Of a stretch of DNA of 64,000 nucleotides, positions 36,476 through 49,930 are shown piece after piece. The stretch spans positions 20,771,619-20,835,618 of the forward strand of contig OZ316892.1 of assembly GCA_973895155.1 (NCBI GenBank), given 5' to 3'. Numbering within the stretch: position 1 is the first letter of the stretch; the number at the start of each line of letters is the position of its first letter. A program made the translations under genes and the position numbers. The stretch is from Marsupella aquatica. Taxonomy: Eukaryota > Plantae > Marchantiophyta. The notes beneath the pieces are model-generated. The model did no database searches. It was not told the DNA's origin and worked only from the letters and a program-made list of their open reading frames with translations.

Positions 36476-39233
36476 TGACATCTTGGAACCCCTCCGACGC
36501 ATATATCCGATGGGACCTTACAGTTGTTTCAAAGCGACTTCTTCCAGTTCTGACATCACATGTTGAGAGCACACTTGCTCATTGATTTGCTAGAGGTTTG
36601 AAGTCTGCAATTGGTCAGCAACTCGGATGCTGATTCGTCACTGGAGTTGGAGTTGGAGTTGAACATATTCTTCTCAGGTGTGACAGTTTTGTTCAACCGG
36701 TGCAGTAGGAAGGGAGGAGTGCAACTTCCTTGATGTCAAAAGCCCTCAAAGGACGAGCTGCTCCAGATAGTTATACAGAGCATCGCCATCATCGAGAGTA
36801 AACGTGCGATCTCTCACATTACTGAGTGATCCCAGGAGGTCGGCTGAAGTATAGTTACATTGTGCTTGGATCTCGGTTTGGGCTAAGTCAGAAAGCATCA
36901 TCTTCACAGGAAGACTAGACGAGCATCTCTGTAAAATGCATGATTTGTTGTACCATTTGTACGTGTGAATATTTTTAAAAATCAATCTAGATGTGAGGGT
37001 CACTAGAGAAATACTGTGATTCACTCAATCGTTCTAGGACCTAGCAGGAATTATTCCAAATAAATGTATATGAGATAAATAAATCATGTGGGTTTTCTTT
37101 TGCTGGATCATTTGTGTGGACAGTCATGGCCGTTTGATGACAGACTCTTTCTACTCACGGCCCTCGGCTACCCTAACCCTCGTGAATTTGTTCGTTTGTA
37201 TGTCTATACATGGGGCAAAAAAGAGTATATCTATACATGAGGCATTCCCCTGCTGCTGCTGCACCACCTCCCCCCCCCAACTCCCCGCCCCCAAGGCACT
37301 GAACCCGTGTGCCAGCCTGGTTTGGGGATGCTGAAATTTGAGTGAGAAGTGACAAACACATTGACCGGAGTATATGAAAAGAATATCTCAAAAAGCACAT
37401 TGACTGGAGCATATGAAAAGAGTATGTCAAAATGCACGCTTTACACTCAGTAACTCGTCCCCACTTGGAGATGATGGACTGGAACCCTCACGCTCAGCCC
37501 CGTTTGGGATTACATCCCATTAATTATTACACCCTCTTGAGGATGGGCTACCCTACAACTTCACCCCCACGCGGCCACGCACCATCGTGTGGGCTACGCA
37601 AACCCTATGGCTGTGTTTCGTCCTGTCCCCCCCCCCCACCCCGCCCTTTTGTGGCTTACCCCCCTTTCGTGACCCATTCCAGTTTTGGTGGAGCGAATCG
37701 TGGGTGGCCGTTTGGGGTTTTGGGGTCACCCTCGAACAGCCACAACGGAATCTGGCTCCCACTTCCACCCGCTTTTGACTGGTTGGGCGGTGGAGAGAGA
37801 ATACCACCTGCACTAGACGGTGGAGAGAGAATCTCACCTGCACTAGACGTTGCACTCCTTGTGCTGCTGTTGTGTCCAATGTCCCATTCTTCTCCTTCGC
37901 GTCATCTCGTGCCCATGAGTTATTTTCTCATATTGCACCCATGAAGTGTGTAGCTTCGTGTTTTGCCCGTGTTTTGCCAATAATTGCTATTGTCGAAGTC
38001 ATTGCGTTGGTATGCTTCTTATGCTTTCTCTCTAGCTGCTCTGATTCATTTTCCACTGACTGCTCTAATGTCCCGATTGACCAGGAGGTAGATCTTTTCG
38101 ATGTCTCGTGTAAAAGTTACCTCAATTCGTCTGCTTTCACTATGGTGATCATTTCTGCGTCTACAGTAGCACTCGGGGAAAGTTTGGTTGCCGAGAATGT
38201 CAACATGGCTAGAGGGTTGCAGATCTTTCTCAGCTGCCATCCTCCACAAAGTATTACACCGCGAATTTACAAGACATAACTCCTATTCAATAGGTGGGCT
38301 CCAAAAATGCAACAAGCCTGGTCTCGTGGGGAAATCAACTCTGTCTGGAATTGAGTCTAGTGTTTAGTGGCAGCTAGAGGCCACGTTGCAAAGAGGAAAG
38401 CAAGATTGTAATTAGTTGCTAAACAGCAGCAGCGAATCCCTCTGACATTTCCACTGGAGTATATCAATGTATAATTATGCCACCTGATTCAGGGATTCAC
38501 TCCACTTTCATTTGCTTCGTCTTTTCATGTTTGACTATCTCATTCATCACATTTAAACGATTCTCTCTGTCCCTCTACCCACGTTCCCCGGTCACCTCAA
38601 GCGATTCTGGAAAGATAATTCCCTTTGGGGTTATGCCTGACTGAGATCTCTCTGTGTGTACCCTCCTGCGTCTCCGTAAAGCACTTAAATTACAGAGTGA
38701 AAAATCACGAAGGGCATTAAGTACTCATTGGCTATTTCCATTTACAATAACCCATTTTGTGTTTACAGGTACTGTTGTTGGTGACTGACTACACAGAACC
38801 CTCCCGTGTTACGCCAATCGACGGGCCTTGTAACTCCACGAAGGAGCCACATAATTTCTGAAGTATATTTGCCGAAAAAAGATTGCATTCACTCGATCAT
38901 CTCTCACCCTCCATTTCCATGACTAGGAACTTGCCGCCAATAAACACTTATACAACAACCGGGTGACAGCGACATCCAGCCTTAGTGATAAACAAGGTGG
39001 CCTTAGTGATCAACAAGGTGTTGAATGCAGTGAACTGTTTTATTTACCCCTTGAACTCTCGGACAGAATAGTTATATGACATGAGAGGAAAGATCGAAAC
39101 CTCGTCAAAATTGAGTTCAATAGATTTGTATAAACAGAGATAAAACTTCTCTGATCATCAATCCACGTACATCCTCGTGTCGTTAAATTGCAGAGAACTG
39201 ACAAGAGTGTATGCGTCAAAGTGCATGCCCATT

Positions 39234-39369
39234 TGTGACTAAAGCATACGCGCTCAAACATAGGAAAAATACAAATGCACAATGCAGTGAATAGAATGAG
39301 AGGAGACCCTCAAGTAGAGGCGCTCCATCTGAGAAAAAACAAAAGGCGCAGTAGCAGCCCAAGCGATCA
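39234..39369. repeat. Dispersed ~136-bp repeat, copy 1 (copy 2 at 55665-55820)
   Basis: tgtgactaaagcatacgcgc...gcagcccaagcgatca is essentially identical in both copies. Copy 2 has a 20-bp internal duplication. Confidence 0.92.
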
Positions 39370-39504
39370 GCACAAACAGGTGGCTAGCACAAACAGGTGG
39401 CGCGGCTGCCAGTACACAAAGGGCTGGCCGCGTCCCGCTTGTCACAGTCAAGACGTTAGGCGCTGCAGGTAGATTTAATTCAAATCCTTAAACTAGATCA
39501 TCGC

Positions 39505-42500
39505 TGTTTGATGCTGATTGAATTTAAATTTGACTAGTCTGAGTCTGAGGCTAATATTCTATCTGACATGTAAAGCTAGTCCTAATATTAAGATCTTACT
39601 GTCACTAGTCTGAATGTCGGGAATCAGTATGAGTCATTCACAGTGAGACACCCCCGGATTCTCGATCATTTGGGCTGGCAGGTAACAGCTTGAGACCAAG
39701 AAGATCAACAAAATGTCGAAAGTTGATCCCAACAAGAGGCTTAATAAGACCATCGGCTGGCATGTCCTGTGTGGAAAGATATTGAATAATACCAATTCCT
39801 GACTGAACTTGCTCACGAACAAAATGATACGGAACATCAATGTGTTTGGTCCTGAAGTGATGAGCAGGATTGAACGTAAGTGAAATGGCAGGCTTGTTGT
39901 CACCATAGATGACAACCCTGTGAGAATCTGGAGCATTGTAATGAAGCTCATGAAGTAGTCGGCGAAGCCAGATGGCCTCCTTCGTGGCAATAGAGTAAGC
40001 AATATATTCAGTACTCTCAGTAGACGAAGTGGCAGTAATGGGTTGCTTGCGTGATTTCCATGAAATGGGACCATTCACAAACTTGAAAAGATATCCACTA
40101 GTGGATTTGCAGTCGGGAGTGTCAGCATAAGATGAGTCAGAATAGCCAACAAGACCAAGAGAATGAATTTCAAGTCCATCATAGTTTGATGGTTGAAATC
40201 TGATGCCCAGATGCGTGGTGCCACAAAGATAGATGTACACTCGACGTAGACAACTCTCATGTTCCGGGGATGGATTATGTGCAAACTGGCCAAGCCGACT
40301 ACAACATTCTGATAGATCTGGTCTGGTCCAGACTGCTGCAGACATTATGGACCCAAGCATGGCCTGGTAGAGCTGGCGTTGATCATGTGTGGCGACGTCC
40401 GAGTTTGGAAGAAGTTGATCTCTATCAGCAGCAGGTGATGGAGCTGGGCAAGAATCCTGCAAGTGAAACTTCTATAGAATCTTTAGAATGTAGCGATGCT
40501 GAGTGATGTAGAGAGTCCGCTCCAAACGATTCCTGGTGATTGACATTCCTAGGTACTCCTCAAGGTCACCTCGATCACGGACTTCATATTCACTGGAGAT
40601 TATAGCTTTGATGCGCTGGATTCCACAAAGATCTTTAGAGACAATAATAATATCATCCACCCAAAGGATGAGAAGTTCACCCTCATCATTTTGGAGTACA
40701 CATGGATCCGATGGTAGTGGGAGGAAGCCATGTTGAATGAGATATTTCGTGGTTCATAGTATGATACCAAAGATGATTGGCTTGTTTCAGACCATACAAG
40801 GCTCGCAAAAGTAGCCAGACAAGGAGTTGGCCAAGTGCATCGTAAGTCTCATATCCAGGAGGAGGGCGGATGTAGATTGCTGACGATAGATCCATGAGAC
40901 TATTCAGAAAAGCTGTAACTATGTCAACTGAGTGAGCTTCAAGACCTTTGGCCGCTATTAGTGCCATGATTGTACGAAAGGTTTCTGGCTGGACAACTGT
41001 GGCAAAGGTATCCTGATAGTCAATGCCAGGGCGTTGCTTGTCTCCTCGGGCAACAAGTCGTGCTTTGTAGATCCCATCACGTTTGATATTATACACCCAT
41101 TTTGAAGGTAGTAATCGAGCACCAACTGGAAGTGGTACAAGTCGGGCAACATTGAGCTTGCGAAGTTGGTGGAGCTCCAGCATCTCCGCTTCCTTCCATT
41201 TGGAAGAGTCAGGTCGCTGCATGGCTTCTTTGTGATGACGTGGTGGATCTGTCAACGTGAGTGAGAAGAGAGCCGCCGAGTAGTTGTAGAGAAGCGTTGG
41301 TGGTAGAGAAGTGAGGACCTGATTGATGCCATCATCCAATTGAGAAGGTGGAACTCCTTTGTTGAGACGTGATGATCTTCGGAGTGGAGTGGGAATGACA
41401 GCTGCAATGTCAGCTTGAATTTCTCCTTCAGTGTGATATCCCAAGGGGGGAGGGATCACTGGCGCATTAGCAGGGCAAGCGACTGCATCAACTGATGACG
41501 TCAAATCATCAGTGGAGGTGGTCATCGTGGTGTCATCATGTTGACTGCCAGTACAAATTGTGGTGGATGTTTGCTCAGCATCCACACGGAACAATCAGAG
41601 GGGATAGTCGATAGCTGTGGGACTGGTGCTGAGAAGATAGCCACTACATCATCGGTGCTAGACGTAGCAGTGCGAGACAACGTGTCGCTGCTATTGATGG
41701 CAGAGGTTCGTGGAGTCTCATCAAACTGTACATATGCAGAGTGAACAATCTCATTAGTAGTTGGAAACCAGATTTTGTAGTTGAGACCATCAGCATATCC
41801 AACAAGGAAGCCCTTCCTAGCACGTGCCATAAATTTATCTCCACGAGCACGTTTCTCAGGTGGAATGTGGACATAGGCAGTTGCACCATAGGACTGGAGA
41901 CGAGTAATGTTGGTCTGCTGTGGTCGTCCTATTGCCTGGTGGAGACGTGCTTGAGGTGTGGAGCTCGCTGGATTAACAGCAGTCGGTGATCTATTGGCAA
42001 TGTAGACAGCAGTTGTAATTGCCTCAGGCCAAAGATGTTTTGGAAGGTGAGCATCAATAATCATTGCACAAGCTTTCTGAGTGATGACACCAATAGATCG
42101 TTCAGCAATTCCATTCTGCTCATGATGATAGGGAGCCGAAGGTACATGTTTGCATCCTTGGGATGCCAAGAAGTCAGTAAGTCGTCGACCTCCAAATTCA
42201 GTACCATTGTCAATGTGGAGTTCAGAGATGGTGGAGTGATACTGATTGACAATGGAGAAAAAGAAATGTTGGATGGCAGTGAATGCTTGACTTTTAGTTG
42301 AAAGGCAAACAACCCAACGATAGCGGGAGAAATCGTAAGATAAGGAAGTAATGCTTGTTTCCTATGCCAGACGTAGAGAGTGGTCCACATGTATCAAGAT
42401 GAATAATCTGAAATGGACTAAGAGCTCGTGAGTGAGGAATGCGACAAATGATTTTACTGGACTTGGCAAGAGAGCATGCTTCACATGGCGTAAAAAGAGA

Positions 42501-44077
42501 CGAAGATGATAGCGAGAGCCCTTCTTGTTTGAGTAGTTGTCGAATGCCATCAACATGAAGATGTGCAAGTCGTCTGTGGAGAATGTTGAGATCAAGAATA
42601 GCTGATGGTACCACCACTGCATAATGCTCGGCTAGGGCCGGTATGCGGACATTGAGTAGTTTCAATCCATTTTGCTTAGTGACCACAGCAAACTCAGTGC
42701 TAGTCGGAAGATGAATGAACTGCTGCAATTCACTGCGCCAACTGATGTTGTGTTGTTCCAGAACATCTTCAGAGATGGTGTTGAGGAAGCTCGTTGGTGT
42801 GGATCGAACACTAGCCAGCAACACCACCAGAGCGTTGGATTAGAAGATGAATAGACCCTTTCCCAGGGGAAGTAACCGAGCCATTCCCAGTATTGATTGG
42901 TAGGGGATCATCAATGTAGTCAGCAAAGAGACTTCGGTTGTTGCAGAAATGATGACTAGCACCCGAGTCAACAATCCATAGATTGGCAGAGGACTTGTTC
43001 TGCATATGATTGGTCGCATCATGACCAAATTGAGCATAATAGCTTGAAAAAATGTCACAATCAATCTCCTTGGTGGATGTCGAGGCTACTTGCGCCTGTA
43101 CATGATTGAGATGTTGAGCAGGAGTACTGCTTCGATCTTGTATTCTCTACAAGACTGCAGGATTCGGCTGCCAATGGTCAGGACGTAAATTGACATGCTC
43201 GTAGAAGCAGCGGTCTGCACCATGACTAGGAAGTTGACAAGTGGTGCAGACATCTAGTCTGCCCGGCTTGAGACGCTTGTTCCTAGGAGTCACAGCAGGA
43301 ACTCGATTGGTGAGGACTTGAAGCGCAGCACGTTCACATCTCCTACGGGATTCATCAACCACTTCGTTAATGGGAGCACTGAGAGTGGGAAGATTCTTAG
43401 GATCACGTCTCATCTGGTCACGTTTATTTGCCGTCCAGTGCTCAAAGTGAGTGTCAAGAATGGTGACGAAGTGAAGAACTTGAATCTTTTCTTGAGTGAC
43501 AATCCCGCCAGCAGTGCATTTATCAACAGCAGCACAAAATGTGGCACAAAACTCTTCAATCTCTTCGCCTTCATATTTGCAGTGGACAAAATTAGCCCAG
43601 ATATCCTGCAAATGAATCAATCCGTCAGCCTCATACGTAGCAATTAGCTTTTCCCAGCAATCCTTGGCTAAGGAAATGTCAGCAAGTGTTTGTTGAATGT
43701 GAGGTCTACAGGATGAAAGAATAATATTGCGAGCTTGTGCAGCTCGGGAGTGAAAAACTTCTGAACGCTCAGCAAATTGATAGTCCTTTTCAGTAGGATC
43801 TCTAGTCGGTTGAGTCGCAGTCCCATCGACAAACTTCCAGGCACTGGAGGCTTTGAGTGTGGAAGTACACAGTAGCTTCCATGCGGGAAAATTGAGACTA
43901 CCTTCTAGCATAGGTATGAGATGGTTGTTGTAGCCTACGGAGGTACTCATCGAGAAGTTGGAAAAATATGTCAACAACAAAGCGAGAATACGAGTCAATG
44001 TATCGATGCAAGTAAAGCAAATGTACGTGAGAACACTATGGTAGAGCATGATGAGTAAAATGTTTTCGGCCCATAAC
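39505..44077 (-). mobile_element. Ty1/copia retrotransposon 2, degenerate, with half-tRNA-type PBS; 5' LTR missing
   Basis: Gag (ATG 43950; LEGSLNFPAWK; CTTCQLPSHGADRC), PR (WIVDSGASHHF), IN (LHRRLAH..CEAC; EQNGIAER), RT (YKARLVARG, LYGLKQA, WVDDII), RH (YSDSSYA, RTKHID; ends 39638). A PPT-like GAGAATCCGGGGG precedes a putative LTR TGTCTC...AAACA (39650-39505). Several stops and frameshifts. Confidence 0.9.
44068..44077 (-). promoter_or_regulatory. Putative PBS complementary to the tRNA-iMet anticodon arm (GTTATGGGCC)
   Basis: Plus-strand ggcccataac lies ~120 nt upstream of the gag ATG. It matches the hemivirus-type copia PBS GGTTATGGGCCC with mismatched ends. Confidence 0.6.
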
Positions 44078-45399
44078 ACAGGGCAACTTTTGTGGTTTAC
44101 ACCCAAGTTCTCAAAAAAATGCACTCAAAGGTGTCATTCAGAGGTGTTAAAAAGATTATGCACTTCACAATGTTCTGGCGATCAACTTTACACCTAACTC
44201 TTTCCTGGTTTATCCCCAATGAACTTGAAAAAATGCACCATAAGCCACCGACTGGAGGTCTAGAGATAAATGCACTTGTAGATGGTGTGAAAATTGAATT
44301 TATACTGAAATCAAAGTGCAATTATCACTCGTAGATATTGTGCAATGTAACCAGCTTTTGTCCTCCACATTCAAAGTGCAAATTGCTCGACAGAGATAGA
44401 TCTAGTGCATACTTATCATTGACCACATTCTATGTACTGTGCGTATGTAACAGAAGAATAAAGTAAGGCAAAACAACAGAGATTTTACTTCACTCGATCG
44501 ATCTGTATCAAAGTAGTGATAGGTTGAAATCTAACGAGAGATCTATGTACAAGATATGGAGCAGATTGACCAGCATAGTTCAAGTTTGAAATTCTATCAC
44601 GCTTTCGACAGAATCAAACTGTCATGTGGAATCTGAAAATTCTTATACGCAAATATCGAAGGTTTCGCAAGCAATATAAGCGAAAAGAAATTGGCATAAG
44701 TTTACAAGAAATTGAACCCGAGTCAGGCTGATTGCCACCCGCTTGACGCTATCAATCGAAACCATTGCACTGAAGTAGCAGCAGCCGAAGACTGGTCGCA
44801 GATTGAGCAATGAAGATTTCCGCAGCGATGGGTGACCATGAGCTGCTGCGGCACTCATCGAAGCCAATCAGATTTAAATTCTAAACAAATTAATTCATTT
44901 CTGTTATTGAAAACAATTCAAGACATTCAGTTGAGATCTCTCCAAGCATTCTCTTGCGAGAGTAATTGACATACCTCTCTGTTTTCTTCTTCTGCGAAAT
45001 CTGTTTTGGCAGACAACAGCGTCCCTCCTCCCTCTCGCAGTCGTCTTCGTCTTCACTGATAAACAAGACTTGTCGTAAGTTATGGCGTGCAGAGCAGCAG
45101 TAGTACCCCAACTCATAAGCCCGATCACCTCTGTATAGATTACGAGGTCCATAGTTTGATCCATAGTTATTGTGCTGGTTCTAACACCCTTAGCTCCTCC
45201 CGCTCTCTGCATCCCCGGTGACTCGTTAGATTTTGTGCCCTCGTTTTACCTAGCCTGACTGGTCTCCTGAGTCGATTGAAGGAGCGCATGAGCTGAGTGA
45301 CACAGAAATTTCTAGAGAGGCACGGATGAGGAGAGTGGGATTTTTTTGCCTCCCGCCCAATCTTTCCCATCACATGAAATCAAATTTTGGATTGACAAG

Positions 45400-48300
45400 T
45401 ACAGAGAGCGATGTCCTACCGCCAAACCTTTTCAAACTGCTACCATGGGTTTTTCCCTCCTCCCAAGGGGAATGCTTGATGGGACCCCTGGCTAGCTGGA
45501 AAATCTGGCCTGATGGGTCTTCTTAGAGGTTAGAGATGTGAGAATTGTCGTACTCCAATGTAGAACTGGGACCCAGTACATTTTAAACTATGACCAAATG
45601 TCAATGTGGTGAAGATGAACCACACACTTTTGCTAACCAGACGATCAACCGCTGAAAGTGTAGGGTCAGCCAACATTTCAATCTGTAGTAAATTCAAGCA
45701 CAAAGTGAAGACAAATATAGTAAATGGCTTTCCAAAGAAATAGTCACGTGCTACACGAGAAAAGACTCGATCAAAATTTGTCATGAGGTCTTACACGCTA
45801 TGTGGTGGGTTAGATGAGTCTGGCCATCTGGTGTGAACCTGTTGTGAATTAAGCACTTCAGGTAGCTTACCACAACAACTTAGGCTAGCAATTCTATTTC
45901 TGCAAAGTTCCAATTGTGCAATGCCATTATACCAACAAAATTTAGAAACTGTGTAATCTTCATGAGCAAGGTGTAGCAAACAGCCATTTTTTGTTATTTT
46001 TAAAAATTGCCGAGGTGACAACTAGCTCTGGAAGGAGGGCAGGTACTTCATGATCTGAAAGGCATTTAGCATAGTTATTCACTATGGATAGGTAGTTGTA
46101 AAGTACTTTATGGTAACCCCTTGAGTTGCCCACAATGGATGCAATGGTGGCGAGTGGCAGGGATGTTTTGCATATTAAGCCCAAGCATCATTTGCCAGCC
46201 CAATCTTAATTAAGGTAGGTTCTTGGCAAATATTTGCCCACAAAAAGTCATGGGACTAGCAATGCTACAGACCAGACAAATATTTGCATGCACCTGTATT
46301 ACATATGTACCTGCCAATTGTTTTGCTAGTTTGGTCCACCAGTTCATCTCACTAAGTTGGTAAGTGTCAAGTGAAGACAGCCTTGATGTTGTCTTCCAAA
46401 AGGAATTTACCTTGCCCAAACAGGTTCTTTGATCATAAAGTCTAAGAGCCCCAAAATTGTGCTAAGTGGACCACATGCAAGCAACATCCATGTTGTCTTC
46501 CAGAAAATAAGGCTTTTGGCCATTTACCCCTACCTCCACTTTTGCCTCTACCTCATAAATGCTCACTCTCTGCCTCGTCCACCGTCTGCCTCCACCGAAA
46601 TTAACCCACAAAAACTAGGAAGTCTGGATATACTTGTTTACATCATTCAGTTTCCATACTTGTAACTTGCCGGGCCTTAACATTCAAAAACCAATTAAAT
46701 AAAGGCATATTTAATTTGTTGGGTGTGCAACAGTCTTAATAATTTGTACATTCTATATGTATAAGATTGCAGGACTTGAACAAAACAAAACAAAATAAAA
46801 CAAAACAAATTAACAAACAACAAACATACAAACCTACAAACTCTTTATCCTTGTTTCTTACTCCAAATTCTTTGATTCCCCCTATGCTCTATAAGACACA
46901 GGTTAGCAGCCAGCATCCGAGCCCATTCTGTTCTCGGGTAGTCCAGAGCCTTTATAAACCACTAGGTCAACAAAGCGTCAGAATGGCTTTTAAAGTCTCT
47001 AAACCCCAGCCCACCGTCAACCTTTGGTCTAGCCATCTTTTCCCAAGCAACCAAAGGAATTCTTTTCCCACCAGCCGGGTTAAATCCCCACAGAAAATCT
47101 TGACAGAGTGCAATCAGTTTCTTCGCTAGCCCATCCAATGCTTTCATGTACATAACATGATAGATAGGTATTGCCATTAGCACATGTTTCACCAGTAAAG
47201 TCCGGCCAGTGAAAGACAACAATTTATTGGACCAGGATGATAGGCGAGCAGCAATCTTATCCAGGCAGAAACCGTGCAAAATTTCAACTGTCAGCCCAAC
47301 CCCAAATGGAGCCCCCAAATATTTCTGCACTTCCCCTGGCTTACTAATTTTGCATCCAGTAGTAATTTTGCATCGCGTGAAAACTGTTATTGACTATTCT
47401 TTATCCGGTGACTAAGTTTATTGGACCAACATCCAAGAACCTTTGACTTTGCGTAGGTACAACAAGTTTAGGGTGTCCATTAGGCTCTCTGAGATGCCAC
47501 CTTGCACAGGTATGAAGCCTGAACCCATGTCAGAGAGGGTCTCCAAGATGCCATCTTGCGCAGGTATGAAGCTTGAACCCATGTTAGAGAGGGTCTCTGA
47601 GATGTCATCTTGCGCAAGTATTCAGAAGCCTGAACCCATGTCAGAGAGGGTCTCTGAGATGCCATCTTGCGCAGGTATGACACCTTCACCCATGTCAGAG
47701 AGGCTCTCCGAGATGCCCTCTTCCTTGAAAGGGGTGTTTTTATAAAATAATATAAGCCGCAAAAACCCCACGGCAAGGGGAAGTAAGCAAAAAATGTACA
47801 CATAAAGACCAAAAAAATAGAAGCAGCCAGACAGGGCACAGCCACCCTCCTACACACTTTGCAAAATCCAATGGTCCCTAAACAACCTACATCAATCCTA
47901 TCCTCGGTGCTAGCAAGGGCAGCGTGCCCCAAGAATTAGTTATGCATTGAGAAGCAACCACCTGTGGGCCAGCACAAAGAACCGCAGTATAAGTGTAAGT
48001 CCCTGATCATTAGTCTAAATCGGGTCCCTAGATTGCTGACAGTGAACAATCCTAAGATCCCGTCTATGATTTAATCTCAACCATTTTGCATTCAACCAGT
48101 TCCTGGCTCTTTGTAGTCTTCTATACTTCCTACCCTGAGGGAAACGCCTGCTAATAGCAAATCGGTTTGACACAATTTCTGAGAGCACCAGTTTAAAATC
48201 AAAGGCGCGCTTGTTCAGTTTGTTAGAAACTTGTTCATTTTGTGATAATCATAAAGCCCATAGAAACTGGTATGTGAGGAATAGTCTAGCAGTGTGGGTG

Positions 48301-48750
48301 TGCTCCCGTCCAACAGAGGCCTCTAGTAATTCCAGAAGACCATGTCCAAAACTAAACAAGAAACCCTGACCAACTTTGAGCCCAAAGCGTCAGCATGTGG
48401 ATGCAAAAGGGTATTGAAAAAATAGATGGGGGATTGTCTCCAGATGCTCCAAGCAAAAAGAGCAGATCCTCAGGTCCGCACCAATGGTAAGAGCCCGGGA
48501 GCCCATGAAAAGGCCTCCCACAATAATTCTCTAGATGAAAGTTTTAGCCCTTGTAGAGAGATCAGATCGCCATAGATTTGCCCAGCATTTCAACCACTGT
48601 GTCTCTGTGTATTCAGATCTCTAGATCCTATTCCATCTCTAATATTAAGACCCTTTTGGCCTCAACATCTGGTAAATGCAATGATCCCAATTTGAAGCAA
48701 GGATCTCATGCATTGACCCTTATGGTATTACCTGACCTTATGCTTGAGTC
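45400..48750 (-). mobile_element. Cluster of LINE (L1-like) ORF2 fragments
   Basis: 46900-47410 reads KYLGAPFG...LSFTGRTLLVKHVLMAIPIY...FLWG...VAWEKMARPKVDGGLGFRD. ~48000-48700 holds a zf-RVT-like remnant (WANLWRSDLSTRAKTF; CSFCLEHLETIPHLFF). Intervening pieces are weak. Confidence 0.75.
47482..47725. repeat. ~60-bp tandem repeat, 4 copies
   Basis: gagggtctctgagatgccatcttgcgcaggtatgaagcctgaacccatgtcaga repeated. Confidence 0.92.
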
Positions 48751-49194
48751 TCCTCGGCCTCACGGTGCTTAAGTTGTGGTTGCCGTTGACGTGGTTGACA
48801 CTTAGAAACAAATTGGATTTTGTTTTTGGAAAAAATAGTCTTCCCTGGCCGTTTTGGACCGCCTTCCCTAGCTACTTAGGGTTGCAAACCCTAAATACTT
48901 TGCTAACACCAAAAGTCTTTCTTACTATTCCTTATTCAAAAAGCAAAAAATGATAAGTTTTTTACATAAACCTATATCGAGCCATTCCACATAGCCCCCT
49001 ACTTAAGTGTGCAGCATCCCTGCAAACACACTCATTCCTGATTATAATATTGCTTCAATCGATCATGGTGCACTCTAGTAGGGAACACCTCTCCTTCAAG
49101 AGTAGCAAGGTGATTTGACCCATTAGCATAGACCTGGTGAACAACATAAGGACCCAACCATTGAGTGTGCAACTTGCCTGGAAAATGAGCATAC

Positions 49195-49930
49195 TGTTAT
49201 GACATGTAGATTACACTGTAAGTGACCATTACATTAGACCCTAATGTAATACTTAGAGATTAAGGTAGTTACCTAACCGCCTCATCATGTAACACATAAA
49301 AACTTTCACTCCTAATAGAAGTGGCATTGATGTTGGTGTAATCTATGGAGTAGAACACGTTATCAGCACGAGCTGGTGGAGGGCATTAATTTTTTGTTAG
49401 GAGAGATGGTAGTGAACCCAATTAACCTTGGATTGATCAAATCCAACATGATTTGTTTTCTTGCAGCCGAACCAATGATTTGCAATCGATTGTGTTACAA
49501 GGGATTCATTAAATTGGATCGACCAAATCAAGGAAGAAGAAAAGTTTCCCATAGTGGGGCAGTTACTTCAATCAAGAGCAGCCCCATCCAAGGGAAATTT
49601 GATTTTGCAGATTCCAGCTTCAAAACGATAGCAATATATTTGATAAAGCACGTGCAACAAGGCAAGGGATTCCATCACCCTTACATGCATTTTCAATCGC
49701 AAACAAATTACAAATCCATCATACTTATTATTTGTATCACTTCCCGACAGAAACTGAAAGGATACAGCCAACCCTTCATAAAGCACAAACAAAATTTCAT
49801 CCAATGAATTCCATGGAGAAATTGCATTTCCAGGCACTGTCAATAGATGGACTTAATTATCTATCTTGGTTGTTGGACATTGAGGCACATCTCGCGTCCA
49901 AAGATCTACAAGACACCATATTGACAAAGT
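49195..49930 (+). mobile_element. Truncated Bianca-like copia: short 5' LTR (49195-49357), PBS and gag start
   Basis: TGTT...AACA is followed directly by CGTTATCAGCACG, the Bianca-type PBS. Gag N-terminus EKLHFQALSIDGLNYLSWLLDIEAHLASKDLQDTI lies at ~49804-49925. Confidence 0.75.
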
